From: a virus
Length of the DNA: 64,000 nt
Direction: 5' to 3' (one strand)
Virus record (IMG/VR): IMGVR_UViG_3300008448_000063
Location: 5,182 to 69,181 of that record
Shown here: positions 8,379 through 18,826 of the stretch, one piece after another
Position numbering within the stretch: position 1 is the stretch's first letter
Layout of the letters: every line of letters starts with the position of its first letter
Notes under the pieces: generated by a model
Database searches by the model: none
What the model was told of the DNA's origin: nothing
Seen by the model: only the letters and a program-made list of their open reading frames with translations
Translations under genes and position numbers: made by a program

Positions 8379-10086
8379 TCATCATGCTGAATCCTTTTTG
8401 CTTCTCAAATTTGATAACTGAGTCAAATTTGTCCAGTAATTCATCAGTCTTATGTGATATTACAAATACATTAGATTTACTAATCACATACTTAATGATT
8501 TTGCTGAAGTTATCAGTTCCAAAATCATCCAAAGAACTATCAAATACTTCATCAAGTATTAGAAGATTTGTATTGATTGAGTTTTTAATTTTAGCAATCT
8601 CCCTCCAAGTGAACAAAATAGACAAGTCTATTCTCATCTTTTCCCCTTCACTGAAGGATGAGTAAGAAAAGTCTTCATAGATTGGATTAAGAGCCTTCTC
8701 ATTGAACTCTTCATCCAAAGTAAAGTTTACAGGGAACTCCATTAGTTCCAAATACTTATTTAAATTTTGGTTTATTAGGGGCAAATATTTTTTAATAATT
8801 TTAGTTTTTGCCCCATCATCTTTAAGTAAAAGATGTATAAATTCGTAGTTTAAAAGTTCTTCTTTTTTTGTAGAAATGCTTGTTAAGATTTCATCTAAAC
8901 TCTTTTTTAAATTTGCTAACTTTTCATATTCAGTATTAGTGTCTTTACTTCTGGAGACAAGTTTTTGAATTTCTTGTTGTAAATCTCTGTACTGGTTTTG
9001 AAGTTCAGTGACTTTAACATTGTTAGAATTGATTTCATTATTGAGTTTAGTAATCTCCTTACTAATTGCTAAAAATTTATTCTCATTTTGTTGTTCATCT
9101 TTAATTGCATTTTCAAGTTCTTCACAAGCAGAATTAAGTTCAGTTTTTTTATTCTGAATATCTGCTATCTTATTTAACCTAAACTCTTCCTCAATAGATT
9201 GAGTACAGGTTGGGCAAACCCTATTGTCCTGGAAAAAATCATACTCATCTGTAATTGTAGATACTTTTTGTATGAGTTTTATTTTAATAGAATCCAGTTT
9301 CTTTAGTTTGGATGTTGAGGTAGATACCTTTGACAGTTCATCTTGAAGTTTCTCACACTCTGATAGGATTTTATCATTAGTATCTAAGAATTCTTTCTTT
9401 GCCTTTTCTAATCCAATGAGTTTACTTTCTTTAGATTTGATGTCTTCGTTATTTCTTTTTTCAATTTCAGAAATAAACTTTTCTTGATTGTCTATCTTGT
9501 CCTTGCAGTTCTCCTTCTTATACTGAAGTTCTTTAACATCATCTCTTAAGGTCTTGATATTAACTTTAGCAATATCATTCATAGAAGAGAAAACCTTAAT
9601 ATCTAAAAGGTCTTCAACTACTTCCCTTCTATTTTGAGATGATAGTTGCATAAATGGAACAAAGTTAGAAGATCCAAGAACAACTATCTGAGTAAAAGAC
9701 TTATAGTTTAATTTTAAAATATTTTGCTCTAACCATTTTTGCTGGTCATTAGAGGCAGATGATTGATCAAGTATGGAGTCATTTTTATAGATTTCAAAGA
9801 TGGTAGGTTTAATACCTCTAATAATTTTCCAAGAATCTTTTCCAATTTCAAAATCAATCTCAACAACACAAGACTTTTCGTTCATTGTGTTGACAAGTTG
9901 CCCTTTATTAATTTTTCTAAATGGTTTATTAAACAGCACAAAGGTAAGAGCATCCAAAAAGGTACTCTTACCTGCCCCATTCTTTCCAATTATTAGTGTG
10001 GAACTATTTTTAGTGAAATTAATTTCTGTCCAATAATTACCAGAAGATAAGAAATTTTTATATTTTATTTTTAGAAACTTTAACAT
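8371..10086 (-). CDS. gp46: Recombination endonuclease ATPase subunit (Rad50/SbcC-like)
   Basis: GKNGAGKS Walker A, CPTC zinc hook, FSEGEK signature, LILDEVFD Walker B. Confidence 0.96.
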   Translation of the reverse strand: MLKFLKIKYKNFLSSGNYWTEINFTKNSSTLIIGKNGAGKSTFLDALTFVLFNKPFRKINKGQLVNTMNEKSCVVEIDFEIGKDSWKIIRGIKPTIFEIYKNDSILDQSSASNDQQKWLEQNILKLNYKSFTQIVVLGSSNFVPFMQLSSQNRREVVEDLLDIKVFSSMNDIAKVNIKTLRDDVKELQYKKENCKDKIDNQEKFISEIEKRNNEDIKSKESKLIGLEKAKKEFLDTNDKILSECEKLQDELSKVSTSTSKLKKLDSIKIKLIQKVSTITDEYDFFQDNRVCPTCTQSIEEEFRLNKIADIQNKKTELNSACEELENAIKDEQQNENKFLAISKEITKLNNEINSNNVKVTELQNQYRDLQQEIQKLVSRSKDTNTEYEKLANLKKSLDEILTSISTKKEELLNYEFIHLLLKDDGAKTKIIKKYLPLINQNLNKYLELMEFPVNFTLDEEFNEKALNPIYEDFSYSSFSEGEKMRIDLSILFTWREIAKIKNSINTNLLILDEVFDSSLDDFGTDNFSKIIKYVISKSNVFVISHKTDELLDKFDSVIKFEKQKGFSMMID

Positions 10087-10336
10087 AATCAGGAGGAACA
10101 ACTATATCATTTGAGGTAATTATTACATACTGATAATTCATGTGATCACAAGCCATTATAGCAACTTCTGGATGAACTTCAGTAACTTCCATTTCAGGAT
10201 AATCCAATTCTTCTAGCATGGTTAAATATCTCTCTGCATCATCTTCTTCTTCAAAAAGAAACAATACATTAGATCCATTTTTTGCAGAAAGTGCATATGC
10301 TCCCTCCTGCCCCTGTGCTGCTGTAAGAATATACAT
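10058..10336 (-). CDS. Hypothetical protein (DUF3110-like)
   Basis: EGAYAL...VLFLFEEEDDAERYLTMLE; conserved position between gp47 and gp46. Confidence 0.75.
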   Translation of the reverse strand: MYILTAAQGQEGAYALSAKNGSNVLFLFEEEDDAERYLTMLEELDYPEMEVTEVHPEVAIMACDHMNYQYVIITSNDIVVPPDYVKVSKNKI

Positions 10337-11367
10337 TATCCTAATTGAAATGCTTCTTGATAAATTGAATTAACGAGTTCCTTAATTCTATTTTTATTTA
10401 ACTCAATTTCAGATTCATCAATATACTTTTTAAGCAGAGATAATGTATCTTCATTTTCAACTATCTTATCTACATCAATATCTTGATTGATGACTACTTC
10501 TTCTATGATTTTAAGATCTTGTAGTCCAGATTCCAATAGAAAGTCAAGAAACTTTTCATACTTAACCTTATCTTTCTTCTCCTTAATAATCATTTTTACC
10601 ATACAACCTTCATAATCTTGAAGATCATACATTGCATCATCCCTATAATAAATGATTTTAAACATTTCATAAGGATTTTCAATTGTAGTTATCTCATAAG
10701 TCTCTGTATCAAATATAACAAATCCTCTTTTATCATTATAGTCTGACCAGTACAATTGATAAGGATTTCCTATGTAATAAATTTTGCCATCATCACTTCT
10801 AGTATGATAATGTCCAGAAAATACCCTATCAAACTTTTTAAATATATCTGCATCTCTTCCATTGACCTGAGAATGCCCTCTCTGAGGATAGAAACCATTT
10901 AGTTCTAAATGACCCATAGCAATCTTTGCAGGGGTCTCCTTGATGGCATTCAGGGCATTCTGCTCACCTTCTGGAGTAATCCATGGAATAAAAAGAATAT
11001 CAGTACCTCCAACATTAACTGTTTCTGGAGATGTCATGATTTTTATATTTTTATAATCTCCCATCAACAAGATTGGACTATTTAATTCTGTAGTGTTCTT
11101 GTAGAAGATATCATGATTACCTACAGTTAAGTATACTTTATATTTTTTTAAAGGTTCTAAGATAACTCTTTTAGTCCAATCAATGCTCCAGTAGTCTGTT
11201 GCTTTTCTGTTATCAAAAATATCCCCCATGTGGATAACAGTATCTACATTATATTTTTTTAATGTAGGGAAGAAGACATTTTTGTAAAACTTTTCAAAAT
11301 ACTCATGGAAAACTTTATTTCCTTTCTTGAAGTTGAAATGAGTATCAGTAATTATAGCTACTTTCAT
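10336..11367 (-). CDS. gp47: Recombination endonuclease nuclease subunit (Mre11/SbcD-like)
   Basis: Metallophosphoesterase motifs DTH, GDIFD, GNHD, GH, SGHYH. Confidence 0.96.
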   Translation of the reverse strand: MKVAIITDTHFNFKKGNKVFHEYFEKFYKNVFFPTLKKYNVDTVIHMGDIFDNRKATDYWSIDWTKRVILEPLKKYKVYLTVGNHDIFYKNTTELNSPILLMGDYKNIKIMTSPETVNVGGTDILFIPWITPEGEQNALNAIKETPAKIAMGHLELNGFYPQRGHSQVNGRDADIFKKFDRVFSGHYHTRSDDGKIYYIGNPYQLYWSDYNDKRGFVIFDTETYEITTIENPYEMFKIIYYRDDAMYDLQDYEGCMVKMIIKEKKDKVKYEKFLDFLLESGLQDLKIIEEVVINQDIDVDKIVENEDTLSLLKKYIDESEIELNKNRIKELVNSIYQEAFQLG

Positions 11368-11855
11368 TGGGAGAATCTATAATTAATTCCATCTTTGATA
11401 CCATTGAAGTCTGAATAATCTCCACCAAGATCAGAGGTATCTGCAGTAAATACTTGATCAAATCCAGATCTTTCAATAATTTTAGTCTTAATTTCTAATT
11501 GTTTCTTCTCCTTTGCAATTCTTCTCAAGAATGCATAGTAGACAATTTGAGTAAAGTAAGCAAATGGATTAGTTCTCTTAATATCAAAATTATCGATGTA
11601 TTGGATACAGTTTTCTATTCCATCACAAATCATCTCATCCTTAAACATATAATTTACAAAGTTTGGTTTATATGCTAGATGATTTGCAATTCTTAGGAAA
11701 CAATCACCAATATAATTACTGACCTTAGGTTTGGGTAGTCCTTGCTCCTTTGCACTATCTACCTTCTTCCTATACTCAACAAGAGCAGTATAGAAATCTT
11801 TATTGTTTACATAATGTTCTGATTTCTTTTTTGTTCTGGACATTACCAATGACAT
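11364..11855 (-). CDS. gp55: Late-transcription sigma factor
   Basis: HYVNNKDF, PNFVNY, DGIENC, NPFAYFTQIVYYAFLRRI. Confidence 0.96.
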   Translation of the reverse strand: MSLVMSRTKKKSEHYVNNKDFYTALVEYRKKVDSAKEQGLPKPKVSNYIGDCFLRIANHLAYKPNFVNYMFKDEMICDGIENCIQYIDNFDIKRTNPFAYFTQIVYYAFLRRIAKEKKQLEIKTKIIERSGFDQVFTADTSDLGGDYSDFNGIKDGINYRFSQ

Positions 11856-11891
11856 GTTAGTTTACTCAATTACGAAACTCAATATGTTCCC

Positions 11892-11943
11892 ATTATAACC
11901 TCAAAGACAGATAGTTGACAAGTTATTGATTTGTAGTTAGAAT
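11892..11943. promoter_or_regulatory. Overlapping divergent sigma70-type promoters upstream of gp55
   Basis: Minus strand: TTGTCA (11921-11916)-18 nt-TATAAT (11897-11892). Plus strand: TTGACA (11915-11920)-17 nt-TAGAAT (11938-11943). Confidence 0.65.
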
Positions 11944-11982
11944 CACTCTGTTAGGGTTGAAGATGAGGTGTAGCTTTTAATA

Positions 11983-12360
11983 CTACTTAGTTTTATAGAT
12001 ATTCTCTAGGAAGACTCTTGCTTCATCTACTTTAGATATAAGACCCAAAGTTTTATCTATTGATACTTGTGACCCACTACCTGTGTATTTTTTATATATT
12101 TGAATAATGTTTTCATCTTTAATTTCAGTTAAAGTAATAACCTTATCTAACTGAATTATGTACATTTCATCATCAGGGATACTCATCCAAGGTTTTACCT
12201 TGTATCCTACTATATTACCTTTTTTAGATTCTATACATTCAATTAGTACAGGATTATCTAAGATTAAAAAGGAATCATGTTCTTCTTCAGTGTAAGATAC
12301 TAAGGCAAATACCTCTTCACCTGATACTAACTTAATTGAAGCATAAAATTCTTCTTCCAT
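11983..12360 (-). CDS. Conserved cyanophage hypothetical protein downstream of uvsW (possible Sm-like fold)
   Basis: YASIKLVSGEEVFA...LDNP...PWM; synteny. Confidence 0.8.
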   Translation of the reverse strand: MEEEFYASIKLVSGEEVFALVSYTEEEHDSFLILDNPVLIECIESKKGNIVGYKVKPWMSIPDDEMYIIQLDKVITLTEIKDENIIQIYKKYTGSGSQVSIDKTLGLISKVDEARVFLENIYKTK

Positions 12361-13823
12361 TATTTTTTAAAGTTAACTGTAATAATTTCATAGTCAAAAT
12401 TCTCTTCATTATAAATCTTAATTCTTTCTATTAGATGATTTAGAGTATAGTTCTTTTTTGATTTATATTTGATTTCGTCAGCAATATCATAAAGAGTTGC
12501 TGATACTTTTTCTTTTCCTTTCCTAAGGACTCTTCCTATTGATTGTAGATTTCTTATTCTTGATTTGCTTGGGGAAGCGAAGACAACATTATGCAAGTTT
12601 CTAATATTGATACCTGTACTAAAAGTGCCATAAGAAGCAACAATAATCGCATTGGATTCTTCCTCGGTAATTTTTCTCACCAATTCTCTTTCTTCAGTGT
12701 CCACCCCACCATGAATAAAAAATATTTTTCTATTTTCACTAGCACTCTTATTTATAAGTTGGTATAAAGGTTCCCCATGAGTTGCAACACGATTAAACAA
12801 TACAAGAGTATTTCCTTTTAAATCTAAAACAAGATTCTTGATGAACTTATTTCGTCTTTCATTAGAAATTAAATATTGAACTTCTTCTTCATAGTCATTG
12901 AACTCCTTTTCTGGATGAGAAAGAAGAAGAACTTTAATTTGTAATTTAGATAGATATCCTTCTTTAATTAATTGATCTGTCTTAATAAGTTTATAGGTAG
13001 GACCAAATAATCCTTCCAGTACTAACTTATGTGTCTGTGATCCATCTAAAGTACCAGTAAATCCAAACCTATACTTAGCATCAAATAGTTTGGACATAAT
13101 GGATACTAATGATTTAGATTTGAATTGATGTGCCTCATCGCCAATGACTACATCATATCCTTCAAAGTAAGATTTATCTAACTTATAAATGGATTGCCAT
13201 GTGGATATGGTGACAGGTTTTACAACCTCTCTAGACATCCCTCCATAGATCTTGTGACAATATTCCTCGGAGTTCCATCCATAGTCCTCAAAGTCCTTGT
13301 ACATCTGCTCTACAAGTGATGTGGTAGGGACTATGAGGAGTATATTCATTCCTTTCTCCACAAAGTATCTAACAACTGAATAAATCATCAGTGATTTACC
13401 AGATGCAGTTGGAGATAGAATTAATTTCCTTTGATACTTTAATGCATCATGAACACCTTGGATTTGGTAATCTCTAGGCTCATGAGAGCATATGCTTTTC
13501 ATATAATCCTTCACGCCTTCCATGGAGATTGACTCATCAATTTCTCCAGGAAGACCATAGTATTTGTTTTTAGTTAGTTCAAACTTGTAATTATGATTAT
13601 CACAGAATGAAATTAGTTTATCTAATAGACCAGCATAGATTTCTCCAGTCTGAACATTAAACAATCTTATTTTTCCATCCCAGTGCTTACTTCTGAACTG
13701 AGGCATGAACTTTGCCCCAGGGACATCAAAAGTAAATTGATCGCTCAATTCATATTTGATATGAGGTTCACACTCCACTTTCAGAAATATTTCATTCTTT
13801 TTGCTAATAGTTAAATCTGTCAT
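12360..13823 (-). CDS. uvsW: SF2 DNA/RNA-DNA helicase UvsW
   Basis: PTASGKS, DEAH, TGT, QSIGRVLR. Confidence 0.96.
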   Translation of the reverse strand: MTDLTISKKNEIFLKVECEPHIKYELSDQFTFDVPGAKFMPQFRSKHWDGKIRLFNVQTGEIYAGLLDKLISFCDNHNYKFELTKNKYYGLPGEIDESISMEGVKDYMKSICSHEPRDYQIQGVHDALKYQRKLILSPTASGKSLMIYSVVRYFVEKGMNILLIVPTTSLVEQMYKDFEDYGWNSEEYCHKIYGGMSREVVKPVTISTWQSIYKLDKSYFEGYDVVIGDEAHQFKSKSLVSIMSKLFDAKYRFGFTGTLDGSQTHKLVLEGLFGPTYKLIKTDQLIKEGYLSKLQIKVLLLSHPEKEFNDYEEEVQYLISNERRNKFIKNLVLDLKGNTLVLFNRVATHGEPLYQLINKSASENRKIFFIHGGVDTEERELVRKITEEESNAIIVASYGTFSTGINIRNLHNVVFASPSKSRIRNLQSIGRVLRKGKEKVSATLYDIADEIKYKSKKNYTLNHLIERIKIYNEENFDYEIITVNFKK

Positions 13824-13824
13824 A

Positions 13825-14256
13825 TTACATTCCTGATTGGAATCTCAAAAAATCAATTGAGTTTTTAATTTGATATGTTCTATTGGAAATCATCTTTAAG
13901 ATTTCTTCAATGTATTTCAACATTGTATCATAATATTCAATTTTCATAAAGATATCTGATATAACTTTATCTGCTTCAAGATGATTTTGCATACTTTCCT
14001 TATCTCTTACCTTGTAAGGAAATGGTTCATCTTTATAGATATCAGGATCTGCTTTGCCTGAATAATAATTATATCTTTCTAATTTCTTTTGTTTATATTG
14101 AAATTCCGTTCTTTTCCTTAGTAGGGAAAGGTTATTGTATATTTCATAATATTTTGCATGAAGTGCTGGAACTTTTAAAGATTCATTGTGTAGATTGTCT
14201 ATATCAATATTAGAATCTTCTTTCCACATAATCTGAATTTCATCAAGTGATATCAT
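13825..14256 (-). CDS. uvsY: Recombination mediator UvsY
   Basis: LHNESLKVPALHAKY, YYSGKA, RTYQIKNSIDF; synteny. Confidence 0.9.
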   Translation of the reverse strand: MISLDEIQIMWKEDSNIDIDNLHNESLKVPALHAKYYEIYNNLSLLRKRTEFQYKQKKLERYNYYSGKADPDIYKDEPFPYKVRDKESMQNHLEADKVISDIFMKIEYYDTMLKYIEEILKMISNRTYQIKNSIDFLRFQSGM

Positions 14257-14259
14257 AAA

Positions 14260-14817
14260 TTAATTTCCCATAAGTGTTTCTATTCTATAATAAGTATACT
14301 TAAAGTTTACTTCTGCTGTAAAGTATCTAATGTCTTCCTGTGTTGCATCAAAATCAAGTGCAGACAAATAAGTTGGAAACAAATCTGTAAAAATTACATT
14401 AGCAGTTGGTGTAAAATTACTTCCTAAAATTTGAAGAGTTCCATCAGAAACTTCAAAGTTTAATGACTTGGGATTTTTTCTATATTCATCTGGATTTTCT
14501 TTTTGGAGATCTGAATATTGCTCTAAACTGTAGGGGAAACCTAATCCAGTCATCCAGTCATGGATTTGCATATAGTTTTCCATATATTCATCCACCAAAA
14601 ATCTAAGTCTCAAATCTTCAAAATTCATTTTATCCCCAGGGATATCAATGTTTTTTCCATAACGAGTTTGAACTGCAGAACCTAAGGTAATTGCAGGAAT
14701 GCCTGCAAAGTTCGAATAAAAGTCTACCTTTGGTGTTTTTGCTAAAGTAAATTTAAACCCTACTGGAGATAAGTAATTCCTATTTCCTGGTTGGGAATTT
14801 AATGCACTGTTGGACAT
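14260..14817 (-). CDS. gp3: Tail tube terminator / tail completion protein
   Basis: NYLSPVGFKF, PGDKMNFEDL, FLVDEYMENY, FPTYLSALDF; downstream of gp23. Confidence 0.85.
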   Translation of the reverse strand: MSNSALNSQPGNRNYLSPVGFKFTLAKTPKVDFYSNFAGIPAITLGSAVQTRYGKNIDIPGDKMNFEDLRLRFLVDEYMENYMQIHDWMTGLGFPYSLEQYSDLQKENPDEYRKNPKSLNFEVSDGTLQILGSNFTPTANVIFTDLFPTYLSALDFDATQEDIRYFTAEVNFKYTYYRIETLMGN

Positions 14818-14844
14818 ATATCTTTTTTAACTATTTATTTGCAT

Positions 14845-14870
14845 AAAAAAAGACCCCTCTGGGAGGGGTC
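14845..14870 (-). terminator. Rho-independent terminator after gp23
   Basis: GACCCCTC-CCA-GAGGGGTC followed by T7. Confidence 0.88.
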
Positions 14871-14889
14871 CTGCAACCTTGTGATTAAC

Positions 14890-16347
14890 TCACATGAGGT
14901 TCTTGATTTGTACTCTTCTGTAGTATCTGTTCTTACCAGCAACAATAGCACCCAGACCTTGATCTGATACATTGCCATGTGCAAATGGGTTGGCAACCAT
15001 ACCATATCTGGTCTTGAATCCAATCTTAGGCTGGAAGGTGTCCTGACCTACAGCACGTACCATCTGGAGAGGTACATATGGGCAATAGAACAGACCAGCA
15101 TCATAAGGATTGGTTCCCTTATAACCTACAACATAGTACTGGTTAGCAGCCAGGTTTGCAGCATATGGGTCAATGTAAACTCTGAACTTACCATTGAGAA
15201 CACCAGCAAAAGTATTGCCAGTATCATCAACATTCAGGTTAGCATTGAGAGCAGGGGTGTAATCCAGAAGACCTGCCATGGTGAGTGCAGAAGCAACATC
15301 AGCAGAGCAGAGGATTGTATTACCCTTTCCTCTTCTTGTTCTTTGAGCGATTGCATTAGCATCTCTCTCAAGTTGGAACAGAAGACCCTTGAACTTCTCA
15401 ACAGACCATCTACCATTGGAGTCTACATCCAGGTCAAAGAAACCTGCATTAGCTACATTGGTTTGTGCACCAGGCTCAGCAATCTTGTAGATTGTTCTGA
15501 TGACTTCTCTGTTGATCTCAGCAAGGATTTCGGTGGAGAGGATGTTAGCAAGCTCAGCTTCTGCATCCAGACCATGAATTGCCTTGAGGTCTTGTGCCAG
15601 TTCCAGGGTGTACTCAGCCTTGAGTGCTCTGCTCTTTGCAGTAACAGAAACTTTCTCAATGCTGAATGCCATCTGGTTGAACTGATCACCATCACCAGCA
15701 CCCAGGTTCTCAGCATCATAGGTGGACATACCTTGTCCAACTCTATACTCTCTGCCAGTGTTACCTGCATTGTTCAGATCACCAGGATTGAATCCATAAG
15801 CAGTTCTTTGTGCATCAACTGCACCAACACCAGCAAAACCAGTTGTACCAAAACCAACTGAAGCACCATCATCTGAACCACCAGTGTAGTTACCAGTTGT
15901 GGTGTTGTATCCACTATCCTGACCAGAGTATGCAGTGTCAGCCTCATCAAAGAGTGCTTCCTGACCACTCTGATTTACATATCTGGATCTCATTGCAAAG
16001 ATCAGTCCTGTAGGACCATTCATTGGCTGAACTCCAGCCAGATCATATGCAACAAGGTTAGGCATTGATCTTCTGATCAGTGAGATCAGAACAGGATCAA
16101 AACCTGCTACTGGACCACCAGGGGTAGCATCAGCTGAGAAACCAGCAGCACCAGCAGCACCAGCTACGCTAGCATAAGAACCTGCTGGGGTCTCTGAGAG
16201 GAATCCTCTCTCTTCTTTTAAAAATCTCTCTTGGTTTTCGAGCAGAACAGCAGTAACAGCTCTTCTATGAGGATCCTTGATAGGATCAATACCCTCAGCT
16301 TGAAGAAGTGGTTCCCACTTTTTCTGCAATTGTTCTGAAAGGAACAT
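14890..16347 (-). CDS. gp23: Major capsid protein
   Basis: LISLIRRSMPNL, GVQPMNGPTGLIFAMR, KSRALKAEYTLELAQDLKAIHGLDAE, YCPYVPL. Confidence 0.99.
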   Translation of the reverse strand: MFLSEQLQKKWEPLLQAEGIDPIKDPHRRAVTAVLLENQERFLKEERGFLSETPAGSYASVAGAAGAAGFSADATPGGPVAGFDPVLISLIRRSMPNLVAYDLAGVQPMNGPTGLIFAMRSRYVNQSGQEALFDEADTAYSGQDSGYNTTTGNYTGGSDDGASVGFGTTGFAGVGAVDAQRTAYGFNPGDLNNAGNTGREYRVGQGMSTYDAENLGAGDGDQFNQMAFSIEKVSVTAKSRALKAEYTLELAQDLKAIHGLDAEAELANILSTEILAEINREVIRTIYKIAEPGAQTNVANAGFFDLDVDSNGRWSVEKFKGLLFQLERDANAIAQRTRRGKGNTILCSADVASALTMAGLLDYTPALNANLNVDDTGNTFAGVLNGKFRVYIDPYAANLAANQYYVVGYKGTNPYDAGLFYCPYVPLQMVRAVGQDTFQPKIGFKTRYGMVANPFAHGNVSDQGLGAIVAGKNRYYRRVQIKNLM

Positions 16348-16395
16348 TTGCTTTTCTCCTTGTTTTAGTCTTGTTAAAGTGTTTTTAACTACAAA

Positions 16396-16403
16396 TATTT
16401 ATA
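16396..16403 (-). promoter_or_regulatory. Late promoter for gp23
   Basis: Exact TATAAATA. Confidence 0.8.
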
Positions 16404-16416
16404 ATTAAGTTTAATT

Positions 16417-17553
16417 TCACTTAGAGTATTTTCCTAATGCTCTGAGGTAAGCATTCATCTGAGGACCGTAATCCGCATTTGCTTCCTCTGTAAGCATTTC
16501 CTCTCTTGTTGAAGAAACTGGTGTTTTTGTAAAATATGACTCTTTAAGAGTCTCCAGCTTCTCACGATAGTCTACTTCACCTTCAAACTCAACACTTTCA
16601 GCAAGACTTGCAAGCTTTTCCTTCTGAGTTAAAGCTAACCCTTCAGAAACATCATTTAAGATTGTATCACTTACAGCTTCACTAAGTCTCTTGTTTAACT
16701 GAACATTTCTTTCGATTTGTTCGTTGAGTTTTTCCTCCATTTCATCTAGTCTTTCGACCATTCCTTCTAGGACATCATATTTCTCTTCAGGGATGTTTAC
16801 ATAATGTTCTTCAAAAAGTCCCATCAGGTTTGTCATAAATGACTCTGACAGTTGTGACTTGATTCCTGTTTCTACTTGAAGAGCATTCTCATTGAGCCAC
16901 TCTTCAGAAACATACTCAAGATAAGAATCAACTCTTTCGGTTAATTCTTCTCTGATTTCGGTAACTTCATCTACAAGCTTCTGTTGATAATCTTCTTCCA
17001 GAGCCTCCATTACAGCAACGAGTTTTGACTTAACAGCAGCTTCAAAAATTGTTGCTGCCTTCTTCATAAACTCTTCACTCAGATCCTCACCCTCCATAAG
17101 GGCATTGATATCTTCTGAGTAATCTACTCTTTCATTAGCAATTTGATCTAATCTCTCTTCTAATGAAATTGTTTCTTCCTCTTCAATTTGATCTACAGTA
17201 TCTTCGGAAAATTCTTCTTCAGAAATTACTTCCTCATCCTCAGACTCAACTTCCTCATAGCTAACTTTTGCTTTGTTAAGATGTTGCATTGCATCAGGTG
17301 CTTTTGCACCCTTGTTTACAACATTGCTTACCTTAGCAAGAGTTTTGCCAGGAGTCTTCAGTTTATTTGACTCATCATCTGGCTTTGAGTTCTGGGGAGT
17401 AGGTCCTCCCAGATCTTCTACTGAAGATGACAGACCTTCACCAGGAATGTCTGCCTTGTGCATCGCCTCTGCAGGCTTTGCACTTTTGTTTACTGCAGTA
17501 GTAGATTTTTTAGTAGATACTTCCATTTCTTGTAAATCGTTACCGACACTCAT
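16417..17553 (-). CDS. gp22: Prohead core scaffold protein
   Basis: Acidic coiled-coil protein, LSEEFMKKAATIFEAAV, VDSYLEYVSEEW; between gp21 and gp23. Confidence 0.93.
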   Translation of the reverse strand: MSVGNDLQEMEVSTKKSTTAVNKSAKPAEAMHKADIPGEGLSSSVEDLGGPTPQNSKPDDESNKLKTPGKTLAKVSNVVNKGAKAPDAMQHLNKAKVSYEEVESEDEEVISEEEFSEDTVDQIEEEETISLEERLDQIANERVDYSEDINALMEGEDLSEEFMKKAATIFEAAVKSKLVAVMEALEEDYQQKLVDEVTEIREELTERVDSYLEYVSEEWLNENALQVETGIKSQLSESFMTNLMGLFEEHYVNIPEEKYDVLEGMVERLDEMEEKLNEQIERNVQLNKRLSEAVSDTILNDVSEGLALTQKEKLASLAESVEFEGEVDYREKLETLKESYFTKTPVSSTREEMLTEEANADYGPQMNAYLRALGKYSK

Positions 17554-17597
17554 TTGTATACTCCGAATAAAATCTTTTTTTTAATTTATTCTATATT

Positions 17598-17605
17598 TAT
17601 TTATA
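17598..17605 (-). promoter_or_regulatory. Late promoter for gp22
   Basis: Exact TATAAATA. Confidence 0.75.
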
Positions 17606-17608
17606 GAA

Positions 17609-18259
17609 TTATAGATTTAAAAGGTACTCTCCAAAGAGAGCTAATTTATTTTGTTCTGTTAGTTTTCTTTGTTTTGAAAGATGTTCAATCTTCTTTCTAG
17701 TTTCTTCTGCATTCATTTCTTTAAGAATGCCACCATCCCATACCCATTCTTTACCTTCCATAATGCCTTGAACAAAAGCATCAGGTGCAGATGGATCTGC
17801 TACAATATCAGCAGCAGTTGCAAGCATAAAGTCTTCGCCTACATACTTGATTCCATTTTTTTCTACCAGTGAACCAATACCTCTAGATGATACACCAAGA
17901 GTTACACCTTCTCCCAAAAGGGATTTAGCAATATTGCCCATTGGAGTGTCAAGAATTTTTGCCCTTCCAATGAAATTGGTGCCTTCTTTTCTGAGGTTTG
18001 TGATCATGTGAGAAACTCTATCCAGATTTACTGTTGGACCATCTGGATGACCAAGCTCACCTAATGCTCTGCCTTTAGAAATAAAACTTTGAGTATATCT
18101 GTTAACTTCTCTTTCCATAATAGAAAGAGGATAGTTTCTACCATTTCTATTGGTAACTTCTGCTTGAAGGAAAGGTCCCTGAATATACAGAGTCTTTACT
18201 CCATTTTTTTCTTCAGTAATAATTTCTACTGATTCTATTTCTTCTGTGATAAGTTTCAT
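17609..18259 (-). CDS. gp21: Prohead protease
   Basis: MKLITE, NRNGRNY, GELGHP, GVSSRGIGS, DIVADPSAPDAFV. Confidence 0.97.
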   Translation of the reverse strand: MKLITEEIESVEIITEEKNGVKTLYIQGPFLQAEVTNRNGRNYPLSIMEREVNRYTQSFISKGRALGELGHPDGPTVNLDRVSHMITNLRKEGTNFIGRAKILDTPMGNIAKSLLGEGVTLGVSSRGIGSLVEKNGIKYVGEDFMLATAADIVADPSAPDAFVQGIMEGKEWVWDGGILKEMNAEETRKKIEHLSKQRKLTEQNKLALFGEYLLNL

Positions 18260-18261
18260 GG

Positions 18262-18792
18262 TTATGCCTGTGATGAGATTTGTACTTCTGAAATAAAGAC
18301 ATTTGCTGTTCCACCTTCACCTAAGGCAGAAACTTTTACACTTCTAGCAACCACTGCATTTGTTACTGTGATAATGCCAGTAACTGATGTTGTATTATGA
18401 TTAATTGTAATTGATTCTGGAGAAACTGCAGTAACTGCTACATGGGAAGTGTTAACTCCTGATGTAGTAGCACCCTCAACTGATACATAATCTCCAACCA
18501 AAAATGGGTTGCCATAATTTTGCCCAAAAGTTACAACTGTTGTTGCACCAGTGGTAATACCTGAAATCTGTTGTCTTGCAACTCTTTCCTTCAGGACTTC
18601 AGGTTGTGAAGTTGCAATATGAAAATCAGATGCTGTTGCCACTGGGGCAGTTCCAATAGCAACATTTGCATTTGCACTTGAAACAGAAATTCTCAGCACT
18701 CCACTTTTCAATGAAATTGCTGTACTGGTAGATGCTGTACCAGTTGTAACACCAGTTAATGGTGCAATTGTTTGCACTACTTTGTATGACAT
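18262..18792 (-). CDS. Putative virion structural protein
   Basis: T/S/V/G-rich beta-type sequence within the head gene cluster; CTAAATA late-promoter variant upstream. Confidence 0.7.
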   Translation of the reverse strand: MSYKVVQTIAPLTGVTTGTASTSTAISLKSGVLRISVSSANANVAIGTAPVATASDFHIATSQPEVLKERVARQQISGITTGATTVVTFGQNYGNPFLVGDYVSVEGATTSGVNTSHVAVTAVSPESITINHNTTSVTGIITVTNAVVARSVKVSALGEGGTANVFISEVQISSQA

Positions 18793-18826
18793 TCTTATAA
18801 ATTGGACAATATTAAGTATTTAGTTT

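Noticed and set aside
14977-15861. 294-aa plus-strand ORF and the other plus-strand ORFs in the track (e.g. 58298-58996, 62484-62978)
   Set aside because: Antisense shadows of well-supported minus-strand genes; no recognisable motifs or RBS
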